DNA from: an uncultured Acidimicrobiales bacterium
GTDB taxonomy: Bacteria; Actinomycetota; Acidimicrobiia; Acidimicrobiales; SZUA-35
Direction of reading: 5' to 3'
NCBI GenBank assembly: GCA_963700755.1
Contig: CAVOYW010000005.1
Coordinates: 181,845 to 245,844 of the forward strand
DNA length: 64,000 nucleotides
A model generated the notes under the pieces. That model saw only the letters and a list, made by a program, of their open reading frames with translations. It ran no database searches and was not told the origin of the DNA. This document shows positions 31,966 to 42,135 of the stretch, in pieces; positions within the stretch are counted from its first letter, which is position 1, and each line of letters starts with the position of its first letter. The translations under genes and the position numbers were made by a program.

Positions 31966-33603
31966 TCAGCCGGCAGGAGTGGTCCGGGTCAGCACCACGT
32001 CGGTCATGTAGGCGACGAACTCGTCCGGCTGCTCCCACAGGGGCCGGTGACCGGACGTGTCGAAGACGACCACGTCCTTGTTCGGAGCATCGACCATCGG
32101 GTACCAGTCGGCGAAGGGCTCGGCCCTCCCCGGCGCCTCGTTGAGGCCCTGCACGAAGAACATCGGGATCTCGAACTCGGTGGCGGTCCGGCGGAAGTCG
32201 ATCGCCTGCAGTTGGGGATACATCACACTGAAGGTGTCGACGAACGCACCGAGCAGGTGGACCTGGTCGATCAGCGCATACTCGGAGACGAGGAAGTTCT
32301 CGGAGAACCCGCCCTCGCCCTCGGAGTTGGCCGAATGGTCGTAGGGGTAGATCTCGTGTTCGTAGGACAGCGCCGTCTCGTAGTCGAGCATCCGCTCGTA
32401 CGGGGGTGGGCCGATCGCCTCCAACCGATCGACCAGCCCGCCGTCGCCGTTGGCCCTCGCCCAGACGAGGGTGTCGTCGTAGAAGATCCGGTCGGTTGCC
32501 AGTTGGCTCACCATCTGACCGACACCGATGAACGCCACGAAGCGGTCGGGCTGCTCCTGCACGGCGAGAACCCCGAGTGTCGATCCCCACGACTGGCCGG
32601 CGAGGTAGATCCGCTCCTGGCCGAAGCGCTCACGCAGATGGTCGGTCACGGTGATGACATCGTCGATGGCGTTGTCGAGGGTGAGGGTGTCGGCCGGATC
32701 GAGTTGGGAGTAGGACTTCCCGGTGCCGCGTTGATCGAGGGTGACGACCGTGAAGCGCTCTTCGAGTTCAGGAAGATGGTTTCGCATGGCGCCCATCTCG
32801 GAGCCACCCGGTCCCCCGGCCAGGAACAGCAGGACCGGGTTGTCGACGTCGTGGCCCCGGATCAGCAGGGCCAGATCGTGGCCGCCGGCCTCGACCGTGG
32901 TGAGCTCGGCAACGCTGTCGGCCAACGGCCGGCCGTCGGCGTCGACGATCGGGTCGGTGGAGGCCGGACGGGCCAGGCCCACGACGAACGCGATCAGTCC
33001 CAATGCCGCGAGAATCGCCACGCCGCGAGGGGCCCGGCGTGTGACGGTCCGATCGTCGGGCTCCCGGGTGAGGATGCGAGCCGTCCCGGCCCCGACGGCG
33101 GCGCCGAACACGAGTGGGAAGAGCGAGAGCAGGGCGTGGAACCCCCGACCGACCACGAAGGCGAGGATGCCATAGGTCGTGAACACGAAGCCGTCGACGG
33201 TCGGGCCGTCGGTGCCCCGGCGCACGAACTCGAACATGACGGCGAAGGCCATCGGCGCGACCAGCATGGCCCACCGAGATCGCAGGACGAGACCGGCCGT
33301 GGCACCGACCAGCAGGCTGATGACGATCGACCAGAGCGCCTGCCCCGTCGTGAGCGGGCTGCGGGGTGTCCATCGGCCGGCAACGAATCCCCACAGCAAC
33401 GCCGTGCCGAGCGCCGTGGCGTAGCCGATCCGGCGGTCCCGCCAGAGGGGCTCGAGTGCCGTTGCCGACCGGTCACCGGCCCTTTGGAGTCGACGGCGCC
33501 GGCTCGCCCCGGGCTGGTCGGTGAGGATCACGATCTCGTCGGACGGCGCGGGACCGGTTTCGAATTCGGCCCCGGGAGAGCGGTCGGTGCCCGTCGTCGT
33601 CAT
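31966..33603 (-). CDS. Membrane-anchored alpha/beta hydrolase (proline iminopeptidase-like)
   Basis: N-terminal TM bundle; LAGGPG, DQRGTGKS, GQSWG, SGHRP. Confidence 0.88.
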   Translation of the reverse strand: MTTTGTDRSPGAEFETGPAPSDEIVILTDQPGASRRRRLQRAGDRSATALEPLWRDRRIGYATALGTALLWGFVAGRWTPRSPLTTGQALWSIVISLLVGATAGLVLRSRWAMLVAPMAFAVMFEFVRRGTDGPTVDGFVFTTYGILAFVVGRGFHALLSLFPLVFGAAVGAGTARILTREPDDRTVTRRAPRGVAILAALGLIAFVVGLARPASTDPIVDADGRPLADSVAELTTVEAGGHDLALLIRGHDVDNPVLLFLAGGPGGSEMGAMRNHLPELEERFTVVTLDQRGTGKSYSQLDPADTLTLDNAIDDVITVTDHLRERFGQERIYLAGQSWGSTLGVLAVQEQPDRFVAFIGVGQMVSQLATDRIFYDDTLVWARANGDGGLVDRLEAIGPPPYERMLDYETALSYEHEIYPYDHSANSEGEGGFSENFLVSEYALIDQVHLLGAFVDTFSVMYPQLQAIDFRRTATEFEIPMFFVQGLNEAPGRAEPFADWYPMVDAPNKDVVVFDTSGHRPLWEQPDEFVAYMTDVVLTRTTPAG

Positions 33604-35079
33604 CGCACGGACTCCGGACTCGGTTCGCTCGCCGGTCGGAGGTCGAGGGGCGGGGCCGGCGGGCCTGCGTCGGGTGCCGGCGGAATCGCCGGTTCGTCAC
33701 CACCTTGGTCGAGCCGGAACGGCGGGTACTCGTCGGTCATGAGCGCCACGTAGGCGATGACCCGGTAGATCCAACGGTTCAGACCGACGATCAGATCGAA
33801 CAGTGACCGGGGGTAGTCGCCCGGGAAGAGCAGGACGATGCCGGCGACCAGGACGAGCAGACCGAGCAGGCCGCCACCGCCGCTCGGGTCGAACCGGACC
33901 CGGTCGCCACTGACCGTCAGCCAGCGGACCGACGAGCCGGTCAGCAGGGCCACGATGATCAGGTGGGGATCGCCAGGAACCACTTGACGAACACCAGACC
34001 ACGGGACAGCTGCTCGGGATAGGCGATGTCGAGGTGGGCCGGGTCGTCGGGCTCGGCCTGCGAGGCTGAACGGGGGATACCGGTCGGTGCCGATGCCACC
34101 GGTCGAGGCGTAGTGGGTGACCCGCCACGTCCAGCGCAGGACGCCGACGTTGAAGTCGAAGATGCCCTTCGGGTACCGACCGGTGAACACGATCGGCGAC
34201 CGCCGCGACCAGCGTCAGGATCACGAAGGCCAGACCCAGGAACGCGAGGACGATGAAGTGCGGAATGGCCAGGAACCACTTGACCAACCAGAGCCAGCGC
34301 GAGAGACCGGGGTCGAGTGTCGCGGTGAGGACGACCGGGTGCTCCTGGGTCGGGTTGGCCATCGGGCCGGGCCGCATGCTCGGGGCCGCCGGCGTCTCAC
34401 CGGGGGCGTGGGCCGCCCCGACCGCCCCGACCACGATCAGGACGATCGCCGCCGTGGTCGACACGGCCCCGACGCCGAGCATGGTCAGCGCCAGGGGCAG
34501 GACGAACGAGGGGTTGACGCCGACGTTCACGTCGGCCGCGACACCCGGTGAGCCGGCGGCGTTCATCACGACCGCCGACCAGCGACCGCTGGTGGCCTCC
34601 CACACGACCTCCTGGGTTCCCGGTCCGGTGGCCGACGCCACCCAGAATCCCTGCTCGGTGGGCGGAGCGATCTCGTCGTCACCGGGCTGCGAGCGATACA
34701 CGGGCTCGAGGCCATCGGCGAGTTCGATCAGTTCGTCGTGCGCCGTGCCGGCCAGATAGGCGGACACGTCCGACTCGCGGCCGATGCCGACGAAAACCGG
34801 GCGCTCGTTGTCGGCCCCGGTCACGCGCAGGCGCACGTCGGCGTCGAGTGCGTCGACGATCCAATCGGGCGAACCCGGTTCGGCGGCGAACGTGAGGTCC
34901 TCGGCCGTGATGGCCACGGTCGGCGTGTCGAGCCGGTCGAGCGTGGCCTCGAAGTAGCCCTCGTCGTCTCGGCCGAAAGCGTGGCCCAAACCGAGCGCCC
35001 CTCCTCCGAGCAAGAGGGCGAACGACGGGATGATCAGCAGGCATCCGACGACGAGCGCGGCAACCCGGCCTGGCTTCAT
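33600..35079 (-). CDS. DUF4389 domain membrane protein (several frameshifts at 33960-34200)
   Basis: LSRWLWLVKWFLAIPH, FTGRYPKGIFDFNVGVLRWTWRV, TDEYPPFRLDQG. Confidence 0.85.
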
Positions 35080-35204
35080 CACGGTCTCCTTCCTTCGGGC
35101 GACGGCGTCGACCGTCGAGACCCGTGGACCGAACGAGGGATCGTCCGGTCGACGATCGGCGGTCTCGCTCCTTCGATTCTGCGCCCGCACCGGTCGGGTC
35201 CCAA

Positions 35205-35249
35205 GGGACCAATGTCCCCCCGGTCCGGCGCGGGAGGGACCTCGGTCTC
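35205..35249. promoter_or_regulatory. Tandem DevR/DosR-like boxes in a divergent promoter
   Basis: GGGAC-CAAT-GTCCC (35205-35218) and GGGAC-CTCG-GTCTC (35236-35249). Confidence 0.6.
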
Positions 35250-35331
35250 TATGCCGTCACCGATCGCGGTCGCAGGATCGGAGTGAGAGCTCCGGCGCGT
35301 GCGCTGTCGCCGAAAGGAAGGGAGGCATTCG

Positions 35332-36033
35332 GTGGATCTCGATCGGGTCTCGTCGACCAATCCCGACTTCGTGCCCTCCGAGGCGACGTCGGCCGTCGAT
35401 CTCTTCTGGATCCCACTCGGCGCCGGTTCGCCGATCGTGCAGGCGAGTGGCCGGGTGTTCGAGGCGATCGCGGCACGGCGTGACCGGCGACCCCGCTGCG
35501 ATCTGTACCACGCTGCGCTCGAGCTGCGAACCCCCGAGGGTCGCTTCGCCATCGAACAGGCACCGGTTCCCGACCACGATGGTGCGAGCCGGGGGGTGGT
35601 CGCCGCCGGTCCGGTCGGCCTGCGCTCGGCCGGTCGATTGCGCATCTTCCGCTACGAGGTCCGTTGCTGGCGGGACGGCTCGATCCCCGACATCGGTGCC
35701 GCCGTCGACAGTCCTGTTCGGCTGTCCACCGACCCGGCGGTCGGTTCGCACATCCTCGAGGTGTTGCCCGGCGTGCCGACGCCGGTCTGGGGGAGGGACG
35801 AGGCCGGTCTCGGCGACATGTGGAACTCGAACTCGGTGATCTCCTGGGTCCTCACGAGGAGCGGTCTCGACCTCGACGGGGTCGAACCTCCTCGAAGCGG
35901 CCGGGCGCCCGGATGGCTCGCCGGGCGGAAGCGGGCCGAGACACCCACCGGTCATCCGATCTCCGCCGATCCATCGCACACCGGGGTCGCAGACGTCGTT
36001 GCGTCTCCGACCAGAGCAAGGCAGGAATCATGA
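35332..36033 (+). CDS. Conserved actinobacterial hypothetical protein
   Basis: RBS GGAGG before GTG; VDLFWIPLGAG, YHAALE, FRYEVRCW, WNSNSVISW. Confidence 0.75.
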   Translation: MDLDRVSSTNPDFVPSEATSAVDLFWIPLGAGSPIVQASGRVFEAIAARRDRRPRCDLYHAALELRTPEGRFAIEQAPVPDHDGASRGVVAAGPVGLRSAGRLRIFRYEVRCWRDGSIPDIGAAVDSPVRLSTDPAVGSHILEVLPGVPTPVWGRDEAGLGDMWNSNSVISWVLTRSGLDLDGVEPPRSGRAPGWLAGRKRAETPTGHPISADPSHTGVADVVASPTRARQES

Positions 36034-37008
36034 ACACCACATCCCTCGTCGGCGAGGACGTTCGCTCGTCTCCGACCTCATCGAGTCCGTCTGCCGAAGG
36101 CCATGCGCTGGTGGTCGATCATGTCACCAAGCGCTACGGCGGCCACACCGTCGTCGACGACCTCAGCTTCACCGTGCCGCCCGGCCGGGTCACCGGGTTC
36201 CTCGGCCCGAACGGTTCGGGCAAGTCGACGACCATGAAGATCATGCTCGACCTGGCGTCGGCCGATCGTGGGCGGGCCTCGATCGGCGGCCACCGCTACC
36301 GCGAGCTGCCCGACCCGGCCCGCACGGTGGGTGCCATCATCGAATCCGACGCCTTCCACCCCGGCCGCAGCGGTCGCAACCATCTGCGGATCCTGGCCGA
36401 CGCCACCGGAATCGCCCGGGGCAGAGTCGACGAGATCCTCGAGCAGGTCGGTCTGGCCGACGCCGCCGATCGTCGAGCCGGCGCCTACTCGCTCGGCATG
36501 CGTCAGCGGCTCGGGCTGGCTGCCGCCCTGCTCGGCGAACCGCCGGTGCTCGTGCTCGACGAACCCGGCAACGGTCTCGATCCGCAGGGCATCCGGACGC
36601 TGCGCGATCTGCTCCGTGCCCACGCCGCGAACGGGGGGCACCGTCTTCGTGTCGAGTCACCTGCTCTCCGAGGTCGAACACCTCGCCGATGACGTCATCG
36701 TCGATCAATCAGGGTCGCCTCGTCGACCCAGGGCTCCCTGGCCGACGCTCCAGCAGGCGGCCTCGCTCGTCCGCACGCGCCGATGGCGGCCCGGCTCGGC
36801 GTGGCGCTCGAACAGGCCGGGGCGACCGCCCAGGTCCGAGGGCCCCGACGGGCTCGTCGTTCGGGGTATGCCGATCGACGAGATCGGTGAACGCGCCTTC
36901 GCCGCCGGGCTCGCGCTCCACGAGCTGTCACCCCACGCCGGGTCGCTCGAGGAACTGTTCCTGAACTGGACCACCGACCCATCGACCGAGGAGGTCATCG
37001 AGCTGTGA
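36030..37008 (+). CDS. ABC transporter ATP-binding protein (frameshifts at 36630-36840)
   Basis: GPNGSGKST, YSLGMRQRL, LDEPGNGLD; VSSHLLSEVE and SLEELF in a shifted frame. Confidence 0.9.
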
Positions 37009-37751
37009 CCATGTCCCGACTCATCCGAGCCGAGCTCCGCAAGCTCACCAGCACCAAGATGCCGTGGGCCTTCCTCGGGGTGCTCGTTGCGATCGCGGCC
37101 ATCAACGCGTTCGCCGTGGTCGCCGGGACCGACATGGACGGCAGCAAGACGTTCATCTCGACCGAGGCCGACCAGCAGTCGCTCATGGCGTTCGCGGCCA
37201 ACGCGTTCATGGGCGCCGGGCTGTTCGGCGCGATCGCCGTCGCCCGTGAATACGGGCATCACACCGTCGTTCCGACCTTCCTGGCCTCTCCTCGGCGCCA
37301 CCGGGCCGTGCTGGCCCAGCTCGTCGCCGTCGCGATCGGGGGCGCGGTCCTCAGCGTCGTCGGGGCCGGTCTGACGGTGGCTCGCGGTTGCGTTGTCACT
37401 GCCGACCACCGAGTACGGCTTCCTCGTCTCGATCGGCACGTCGTGCAGATCGTCGCCGCGTCGGGGTTCGCCGGTGCCGCCGGCGCCGTGCTCGGTGCGG
37501 GGATCGGCGCCGTGGTGCGCAACGTCGGCGGCGCGGTGACCACCACGGTGCTCGCGCTGATCGTCGCGCCGCCGCTGATCGTGCAACTGGCCAATGGCAC
37601 CGCTTCGTGGATGCCGAACGTGCTCGCGAACGTGCTCGCCGGGGTCGGCACCGAGGTCGGTCAGGCGGCGGCGATCGGTGCACTTGCCCTGTGGGCCCTG
37701 GTCCCGGCGCTCATCGGCCTCGTCCTCGTTCAGCGTCGCGACGTCGTCTGA
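37005..37751 (+). CDS. ABC-2 type exporter permease
   Basis: LIRAELRKL, AREYGHHT..PTFLASPRR, C-terminal QRRDV; probable compensating frameshifts at 37380-37435. Confidence 0.85.
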   Translation: MTMSRLIRAELRKLTSTKMPWAFLGVLVAIAAINAFAVVAGTDMDGSKTFISTEADQQSLMAFAANAFMGAGLFGAIAVAREYGHHTVVPTFLASPRRHRAVLAQLVAVAIGGAVLSVVGAGLTVARGCVVTADHRVRLPRLDRHVVQIVAASGFAGAAGAVLGAGIGAVVRNVGGAVTTTVLALIVAPPLIVQLANGTASWMPNVLANVLAGVGTEVGQAAAIGALALWALVPALIGLVLVQRRDVV

Positions 37752-37822
37752 CACGGGGCCGATCGCCCGGTCGATGGGTCCGACGCGGGCCGGCGGTGTG
37801 ACGGCGGCGATTCGCCGGCCGA

Positions 37823-38278
37823 TCAGTCCTCGAACAGCGACGGGGGGAACCCGCCCTTGCTCACCGGTCCCCATCGGGTCGGTGTGATGCGGATGATCGA
37901 CTTGCCCTGGTCGGCCATCGCCTGTCGGTACTCGTCCCAATCGGGATGTTCACCCTTGATGCAACGGAAGTACTCGACGAGCCCATCGGCGGCGTCGGGC
38001 ATGTCGAGTACCACCGCATCGCCGTCGATCTGGACCCAGGACGCATCGAAGTCGTCGCCCATGACCGCCACCGACACGAGCGGGTTGCGCCGGATGTTGC
38101 GGGCCTTGACCCGGGTCGGGTAGGTCGAGATCAACAGGTCTCCTTCGGGGGTGATGGTGCCGGTCACCAGGCTCATCTGCGGGCGACCGTCGGCCCGGGT
38201 GGTCGACAGCACCCACCGGTTCCGGCCGGTGACGAATTCGATCAGACCGGCCCGGTCGACCTCGACGTCACTCGACAT
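37823..38278 (-). CDS. PPOX class F420-dependent oxidoreductase
   Basis: VLSTTRADGRPQMS, KARNIRRNP, EHPDWDEYRQAM. Confidence 0.9.
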   Translation of the reverse strand: MSSDVEVDRAGLIEFVTGRNRWVLSTTRADGRPQMSLVTGTITPEGDLLISTYPTRVKARNIRRNPLVSVAVMGDDFDASWVQIDGDAVVLDMPDAADGLVEYFRCIKGEHPDWDEYRQAMADQGKSIIRITPTRWGPVSKGGFPPSLFED

Positions 38279-38316
38279 GTACTGGGCTCGGCGGTCGTCT
38301 CTCGGGATCTTCTTCA

Positions 38317-38721
38317 TCAGACGATGGGGAGGAGTCGTGAGTCTTCGAGGGCCGCGGTTCGGTGACCGATACCGGCCAGATACCCCGGATTCGACGCGAA
38401 GGCGAAGAAGTCGTCGAGGGATCGCTGACGAACGAGGAGCACGTGATCCCATCGCTCGTCGCCGGGTCCGATGAAGAAGGTGCCGCCGGTACCGTCGAGG
38501 ATCACCTCGCCCCCGCTCTCGACGAGGAAGGGCATCGTGTGATCGGCGTAGCGACGGTAGGCCTCGGCGCCCGAGATCGGGTGAGCGGGTTCGAGCTCGG
38601 GGCTGCCCGAGTAGTCCGCCACCTCGCGGAAGCGAAGCAGGTTGAGCATCGTGATCGGTCCGTCGATGCTGCGGGCGATGAGGCTCTGGGCACTCTCTGG
38701 GGTGGGATCGAAATAGGGCAC
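38317..38721 (-). CDS. DUF1330 family protein
   Basis: GPITMLNLLRFRE, ISGAEAYRRY, HRTAALEDSRLLP. Confidence 0.85.
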   Translation of the reverse strand: MPYFDPTPESAQSLIARSIDGPITMLNLLRFREVADYSGSPELEPAHPISGAEAYRRYADHTMPFLVESGGEVILDGTGGTFFIGPGDERWDHVLLVRQRSLDDFFAFASNPGYLAGIGHRTAALEDSRLLPIV

Positions 38722-38762
38722 CGGAGCATTGTGGCATCCGTGGGTGGTGGCCATCGGGTCGT

Positions 38763-40466
38763 TCAGCGTTTCGGAGGAGCACCGGTGCGCACGAACGCGA
38801 TGGCCTCGGCGACGTTTCGAGCGACGAATCGTTCCAATCGGGGGGCAGCCGCGAACCGGGCGGCGGCGGCCAGCGGAAGGCTCGAGCCGATCGTCAGGGC
38901 CTCGCGGCGGGCTGCTTCGGCCATCTTCACGATGTGAACGGTGACGATGAACGAGCCGGACCGGTCGCACATCGATGCCCGGCCGATGGCGTCGGCGACG
39001 GTCACGGGGTCGCCGGCGAGGCTGTGGGCGACGGCGTCGTCGGGGCGACGCTCGAGAATGGCGGCCTCGACGTCGCCCGGGCGGGGCTCTGGGACCGAGA
39101 GCACCGGGTCGTATCGTCGTGCTCGCTCGGCTCGACCGGTGTCGTGGGCCAGGAAGACCGTGAACAGGGCGAGGCGAGCCGTTGCCGCCGACGGGTGCTG
39201 CCGCCACGCCCACCGAGCGGCGTTGGCATAGGTCAGCCCGTGGGTGATGTCCAGCCACCCGAAGTCGTTCGTCGGGTCGAAATCCGTTGTCGAGTCGTAC
39301 CGCAGCAGCCGTTCGCTCACGGCGAGCGAGACCGTGTCGAGCAACCCCTCGATTCCGGCTCCGGCCACGACCGCGGCGGCCGCGGGCGCGATCGCCGCTT
39401 CGGGCTCGTCGAGCAGCGCCCGTCGCAGTTCGCCGTCATCGGCCCAGCCGGTCCGGCGCCGGTCTGCGGCACCGGCGAGGGCATCGAGGTCGGTGGCATC
39501 GATCATCCGCATCGCGGCCTTCATGTACGGCAACGTGTCCTCCCGGGTCGAGTGGGTGAGCGTCATGGCGAGCCACGGCAGAACCGCCGACGCATGATCG
39601 GTCCCGATCGCGTCGAGGAGTTCGAAGACCTTCTGGGTGTAGATGGCGCCGTGGCCGTAGCCGAGATGGTGTGCCGACGCTGCCTCGATCAGCTCGGCTC
39701 GAACCGAGACGAAGCCATCGCCGACCTCGAGCCGGCCGAGCACGGATGCCATGGCGCCGTCGGTGTCCTGGGCCTCGATCGCGGTGTTGAGATCGATGGT
39801 TGCATCCGGCTCGGGCAGGACCTGTCTGGGCCGGTCGCGTGCCGTTTCGGCGATTCCGGCGAGCGCCTGGGTCACCGGCAGTGTGGACTCGAGCCCGTCC
39901 CAGAGGTGGCCGAGCGCGAGGCAGTCGGCCGCCATGGCGAGCTCGTGACCGGGCCCGTATTCGATCCGGGGGAGCGCGTGGATCGCGGCAGCGGCGACGA
40001 TCTGGCTGGGACCGGCGCCGGCCTCGAGCAGCCGGGCGGTGTCGCGGGCGATCTGCCCCGGGTAGTCCCGATCCACTCCTCGCAGGAGACTCGGCCACAG
40101 TCGTTCCCGCCGCTCGGCGCTCGTCGCCTCGGTGATGGTGACAAGGACCTCACCGTCGACGACCTCGACCCCGTGGCAGGTGACGTCTTCCTCGCCGACC
40201 AGGCACCGACCGTCCTCGACGCGGTACCTCCAGTTGTGCCACCGGCAGGTCAGTACCTCACCCTCGAGGGTTCCCCGCACGAGTCCGTAGCCCTGGTGCG
40301 GGCAGGCGTTGTCGATCGCATGGAAACCCGATTCGGTTCGTACGAGCGCGACGGGGCGATTGCCGACCCGGACCATGCGTATCGATCCCACGGGGTGGGA
40401 GTCGGCGGTGCCGACGGATTCGGTCACGGTCGTCGCACGATCGGCGGCGGGCGTTGAGGTCGTCAT
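38763..40466 (-). CDS. Rieske [2Fe-2S] protein with large helical His-containing C-terminal region
   Basis: CPHQG...CRWHNW Rieske ligands; about 450 aa C-terminal region unlike a ring-hydroxylating catalytic domain. Confidence 0.85.
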   Translation of the reverse strand: MTTSTPAADRATTVTESVGTADSHPVGSIRMVRVGNRPVALVRTESGFHAIDNACPHQGYGLVRGTLEGEVLTCRWHNWRYRVEDGRCLVGEEDVTCHGVEVVDGEVLVTITEATSAERRERLWPSLLRGVDRDYPGQIARDTARLLEAGAGPSQIVAAAAIHALPRIEYGPGHELAMAADCLALGHLWDGLESTLPVTQALAGIAETARDRPRQVLPEPDATIDLNTAIEAQDTDGAMASVLGRLEVGDGFVSVRAELIEAASAHHLGYGHGAIYTQKVFELLDAIGTDHASAVLPWLAMTLTHSTREDTLPYMKAAMRMIDATDLDALAGAADRRRTGWADDGELRRALLDEPEAAIAPAAAAVVAGAGIEGLLDTVSLAVSERLLRYDSTTDFDPTNDFGWLDITHGLTYANAARWAWRQHPSAATARLALFTVFLAHDTGRAERARRYDPVLSVPEPRPGDVEAAILERRPDDAVAHSLAGDPVTVADAIGRASMCDRSGSFIVTVHIVKMAEAARREALTIGSSLPLAAAARFAAAPRLERFVARNVAEAIAFVRTGAPPKR

Positions 40467-40473
40467 GACGTCA

Positions 40474-40504
40474 TGTCTACAATCTCAAGTAATGTTGAGG
40501 TCAA
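40474..40504 (-). promoter_or_regulatory. SoxR-dependent MerR-type promoter with Sox box
   Basis: Minus strand TTGACC-19 bp-TAGACA; dyad TCTCAAGTAATGTTGAGG (40483-40500) resembles E. coli CCTCAAGTTAACTTGAGG. Confidence 0.85.
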
Positions 40505-40507
40505 GGG

Positions 40508-41029
40508 ATGCGTGACGATGTGACGAGTCCGGAGCCGGCCGAGCCGATGCTGGCCATCGGCCAGGTCGCGGAGCGAACCGGGCTCGCGGTCTCGGCGATT
40601 CGGTTCTACGAGGATCGTGGTCTGGTGCGGTCCGAGCGTTCGTCCTCGGGACATCGTCGATTCGGTCGCTCGGTGATCCGGCGCCTGTCCTTCATCATGG
40701 TCGCTCAACGCCTCGGCTACCGACTCGACGAGATCGCCACCCAACTCGACACCCTGCCCTCGTCGACGGCGCCGACCGACCAGGACTGGGAGCGACTCGC
40801 CACCGGATTCGAAGCCGAGTTGACCGCTCGCATCGAGGCACTCGTCGAATTGCGCGACAAGCTCGATGGGTGCATCGGCTGCGGCTGCCTCTCACTCAGC
40901 CACTGCGCGCTCTACAACGACAGCGATCGAGCGGCCGAGCGAGGTCCCGGCCCGCGCTACCTTCTGGGTGACCGGCCGCCGACCGTGGGGTCGGAGCGCC
41001 GGATCACGACTGAAGCAGGAGAACGATGA
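40508..41029 (+). CDS. soxR: Redox-sensitive transcriptional activator SoxR
   Basis: IGQVAERTGLAVSAIRFYE HTH and CIGCGCLSLSHC [2Fe-2S] motif; true start may be 40520 or 40547. Confidence 0.95.
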   Translation: MRDDVTSPEPAEPMLAIGQVAERTGLAVSAIRFYEDRGLVRSERSSSGHRRFGRSVIRRLSFIMVAQRLGYRLDEIATQLDTLPSSTAPTDQDWERLATGFEAELTARIEALVELRDKLDGCIGCGCLSLSHCALYNDSDRAAERGPGPRYLLGDRPPTVGSERRITTEAGER

Positions 41030-41427
41030 GCAACCGAACCCCGATCATTCCCGACGGCCACGAAGCCCACTATGACCGGTTCCACTTCGCCCCGGCCTTC
41101 CGGGTCGGCGACACCATCCACGTTTCGGGCATCATCGGAACCGGAGCCGACGGTCGGGTTCCCGCCGAGCCGAGCGACGAATTCGCCGCCGTGTTCACAC
41201 AGATGCAGGCGACGCTCGAGGCGGCTGGGGCTTCGCTCGACGATGTCGTCGAGCTCACGTCGTTCCATGTCGACCTCACGCAAATCGGTGCCTTCATGAA
41301 GGCCAAGGACGCCGCGATCGGCGAGCCGTACCCGGCCTGGACGGCCATCGGTTGCACCGGTCTGGTCGACCCGAAGGCGACCGTCGAGGTGAAGGCCACG
41401 GCGGTCGTCCACGGCTCTGCGAGGTAG
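41026..41427 (+). CDS. RidA/YjgF family protein
   Basis: FAPAFRVGDTIHVSG, YPAWTAIG..GL, VEVKATA; ATGA overlap with soxR. Confidence 0.9.
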   Translation: MSNRTPIIPDGHEAHYDRFHFAPAFRVGDTIHVSGIIGTGADGRVPAEPSDEFAAVFTQMQATLEAAGASLDDVVELTSFHVDLTQIGAFMKAKDAAIGEPYPAWTAIGCTGLVDPKATVEVKATAVVHGSAR

Positions 41428-41472
41428 GTGTCGCCCACCTGGGCCGGTGCTCGGCCGGCGGCGATCGTCGGG

Positions 41473-42135
41473 TCAGCTGCCGGGCTGGACCACCCCCGTG
41501 TCGAAGGCGTAGACGATCGCTGCCGCCCGATCACGGACCCCGAGCTTGGCGAAGATCGACCCGACGTGGGTCTTGACGGTCGTCTCGGCAACGAAGAGCG
41601 AGCCGGCGATCTCGGTATTGGTTGCGCCGCGGGCCATGAGGCGGAGGACGTCCAGTTCTCGATCCGTCAACGCCTGCAGCTTCACCGCCGCTCGTTGCTG
41701 GGGAACGGCGATGGATCGGTACGACTCGAGGATCGGTCCGAGCAGGGAGCCGTCGATCCATGATCCACCGCCGGCCACCGTACGAACGGCCTCCACCAGG
41801 TTCTCCGGTGTCGCCGATTTGAGTTCGAAGCCGTTGGCGCCCGCTTCCACTGCGGCCCAGAGGATCTCGTCCTCTCCGAACGTGGTCAGGACCAGCACGG
41901 GCGGCCCGTCCGCAGCGCGGAGCTCGGCAGTCGCTCGAATCCCGTCGACACCCGGCATTCGGACGTCCATGCAGACGAGGTCCGGGCGATGTTCGGTCAC
42001 CGCGGCCCCGACCTCGGCGCCGTCGTCACATTCGGCGACGACCTCGATGTCGGGCTGCGCCCCGAGGATCATCTTCAGTCCGGCCCGAATGAGCGGTTGG
42101 TCGTCGACCAGGATGACACGGATCGATCCGCTCAC
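41473..42135 (-). CDS. NarL/LuxR family response regulator
   Basis: VILVDDQPLIR, MDVRMP, LTDRELDVL...TVKTHV. Confidence 0.95.
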   Translation of the reverse strand: MSGSIRVILVDDQPLIRAGLKMILGAQPDIEVVAECDDGAEVGAAVTEHRPDLVCMDVRMPGVDGIRATAELRAADGPPVLVLTTFGEDEILWAAVEAGANGFELKSATPENLVEAVRTVAGGGSWIDGSLLGPILESYRSIAVPQQRAAVKLQALTDRELDVLRLMARGATNTEIAGSLFVAETTVKTHVGSIFAKLGVRDRAAAIVYAFDTGVVQPGS

